A stretch of DNA of 64,000 nucleotides from Candidatus Hydrothermarchaeum profundi (GTDB lineage Archaea > Hydrothermarchaeota > Hydrothermarchaeia > Hydrothermarchaeales > Hydrothermarchaeaceae), in NCBI GenBank assembly GCA_002011125.2, contig MTMF02000009.1, positions 1,416,989 through 1,480,988 of the forward strand. The letters are read 5' to 3'. Positions 63,252 through 64,000 of the stretch are shown here, piece by piece (within the stretch, counting starts at the first letter, position 1; every line of letters starts with the position of its first letter). The notes under the pieces were generated by a model that worked only from the letters and a program-made list of their open reading frames with translations, had not been told where the DNA came from and did not search any database. The position numbers and the translations under genes were made by a program.

Positions 63252-63425
63252 TTAGATTTCAATAATCTGCCTAATTACAATGAATCCTGCTTTCTCTATA
63301 GGAATTAATAAATAGTTTTCAATCGAGTTTTCGGACTCAGATACTCTAAGAATAGAGTAGCTCTTTGGAGCGTTTTTTGTATTGTTGTTATCAAAAATAT
63401 TGAGGCATTCAACACCGCTATTCAT
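63252..63425 (-). CDS. Putative 57-aa small protein below the ORF-track cutoff
   Basis: GGGAGGG SD, ATG 63425, MNSGVECLNIF...IRQIIEI*; 30 nt downstream of the ftsZ stop. Confidence 0.4.
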   Translation of the reverse strand: MNSGVECLNIFDNNNTKNAPKSYSILRVSESENSIENYLLIPIEKAGFIVIRQIIEI

Positions 63426-63455
63426 TTTACCCTCCCAAAAGGATAATGGGGAAGA

Positions 63456-64000
63456 CTACACAATGTAGTCTATCCCTAAGTCAGCCATAACTCCCTGTGG
63501 CTTTGGTTTTTCTGTTTTTCTGAAATGCTTGTTCTGGAAATTGAATGTGCCGACTCTTCTGTTTAGTGTCATCCTCTTGGGAATCTGAATATCCTCTGGT
63601 CCCAATATGTCTGGAGAGGTTACTCCAGTCATAATTACCATTACTTCTACCCTGCCATTGTAACTTGGATCTATTCTTGCGCCCCATATGACATTAGAAT
63701 CATCCTGTAAGTAACCTGTAGCGATCTCTCCGATTCTATTAGCCTCAGCAAGACTCAAATCTTCTCCACCAGTGATATGCACTAAAGCTCCAAACGCTCC
63801 CCTATAGTCTACTTCTAATAAGGGATTCTCAAGTGCATGAGTTACAGCTTCCTCAGCTCTATTTCTTGAGTCTGATTCACCGAGTCCAATCATAGCTATT
63901 CCTCTACCCGACCCTTCTTTCATAACAGATCTTACGTCAGCAAAATCTAAGTTAATCAAGCTGGGAGTTGAAATAGTCTCGGTTATTCCTTTAACCATTC
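63456..64000 (-). CDS. ftsZ: Cell division protein FtsZ (FtsZ2-like), 3' part
   Basis: KGITETISTPSLINLDFADV, ALENPLL, GALVHITGG, VIWGARI, C-terminal LGIDYI. Confidence 0.95.
   Translation of the reverse strand, partial: MVKGITETISTPSLINLDFADVRSVMKEGSGRGIAMIGLGESDSRNRAEEAVTHALENPLLEVDYRGAFGALVHITGGEDLSLAEANRIGEIATGYLQDDSNVIWGARIDPSYNGRVEVMVIMTGVTSPDILGPEDIQIPKRMTLNRRVGTFNFQNKHFRKTEKPKPQGVMADLGIDYIV

Overview
Core-genome window from an AT-rich euryarchaeote-like archaeon. The gene set suggests a Methanobacteriota/Hydrothermarchaeota-type lineage, but this is inference. 1-17.3 kb holds the end of the spc-like ribosomal superoperon (uL18-uS5-uL30-uL15-secY-adk-DUF106-eL34-cmk-eL14-cbf5-tRNA-Ser), a small hicBA cassette bracketed by a duplicated tRNA-Ser 3' end, and the uS13-uS4-uS11-rpoD-tRNA-Leu-eL18-uL13-uS9-rpoN-tRNA-Pro-rpoK-eno-uS2-MEMO-mvk-ipk operon. 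17.3-27.2 kb holds argD, a three-hairpin H/ACA guide RNA, a gluconeogenesis cluster with a bacterial-type (class I) GAPDH, dnaG, rimI, archaemetzincin and aroC. 27.3-56.5 kb is a ~29 kb cell-surface island: prepilin peptidase, CPBP protease, archaeosortase, ArnD-like deacylase, an AglB/STT3-like protein with WWHYT in place of WWDYG, many glycosyltransferases, four methyltransferases, a flippase and an AsnB-like amidotransferase. 56.5-64 kb holds a CobW/MtaA-like/CMD block, a DHPS-like gene, an inositol-lipid locus with PadR and two perfect palindromic operators, and the 3' end of ftsZ. Two observations stand out. All three tRNA genes overlap the stop codon of the upstream protein gene (the cbf5 stop is the tRNA-Ser anticodon). 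Three conserved genes appear to start at ACG, ATT and ATC behind good Shine-Dalgarno motifs. All calls come from reading motifs by eye; no database searches were run.
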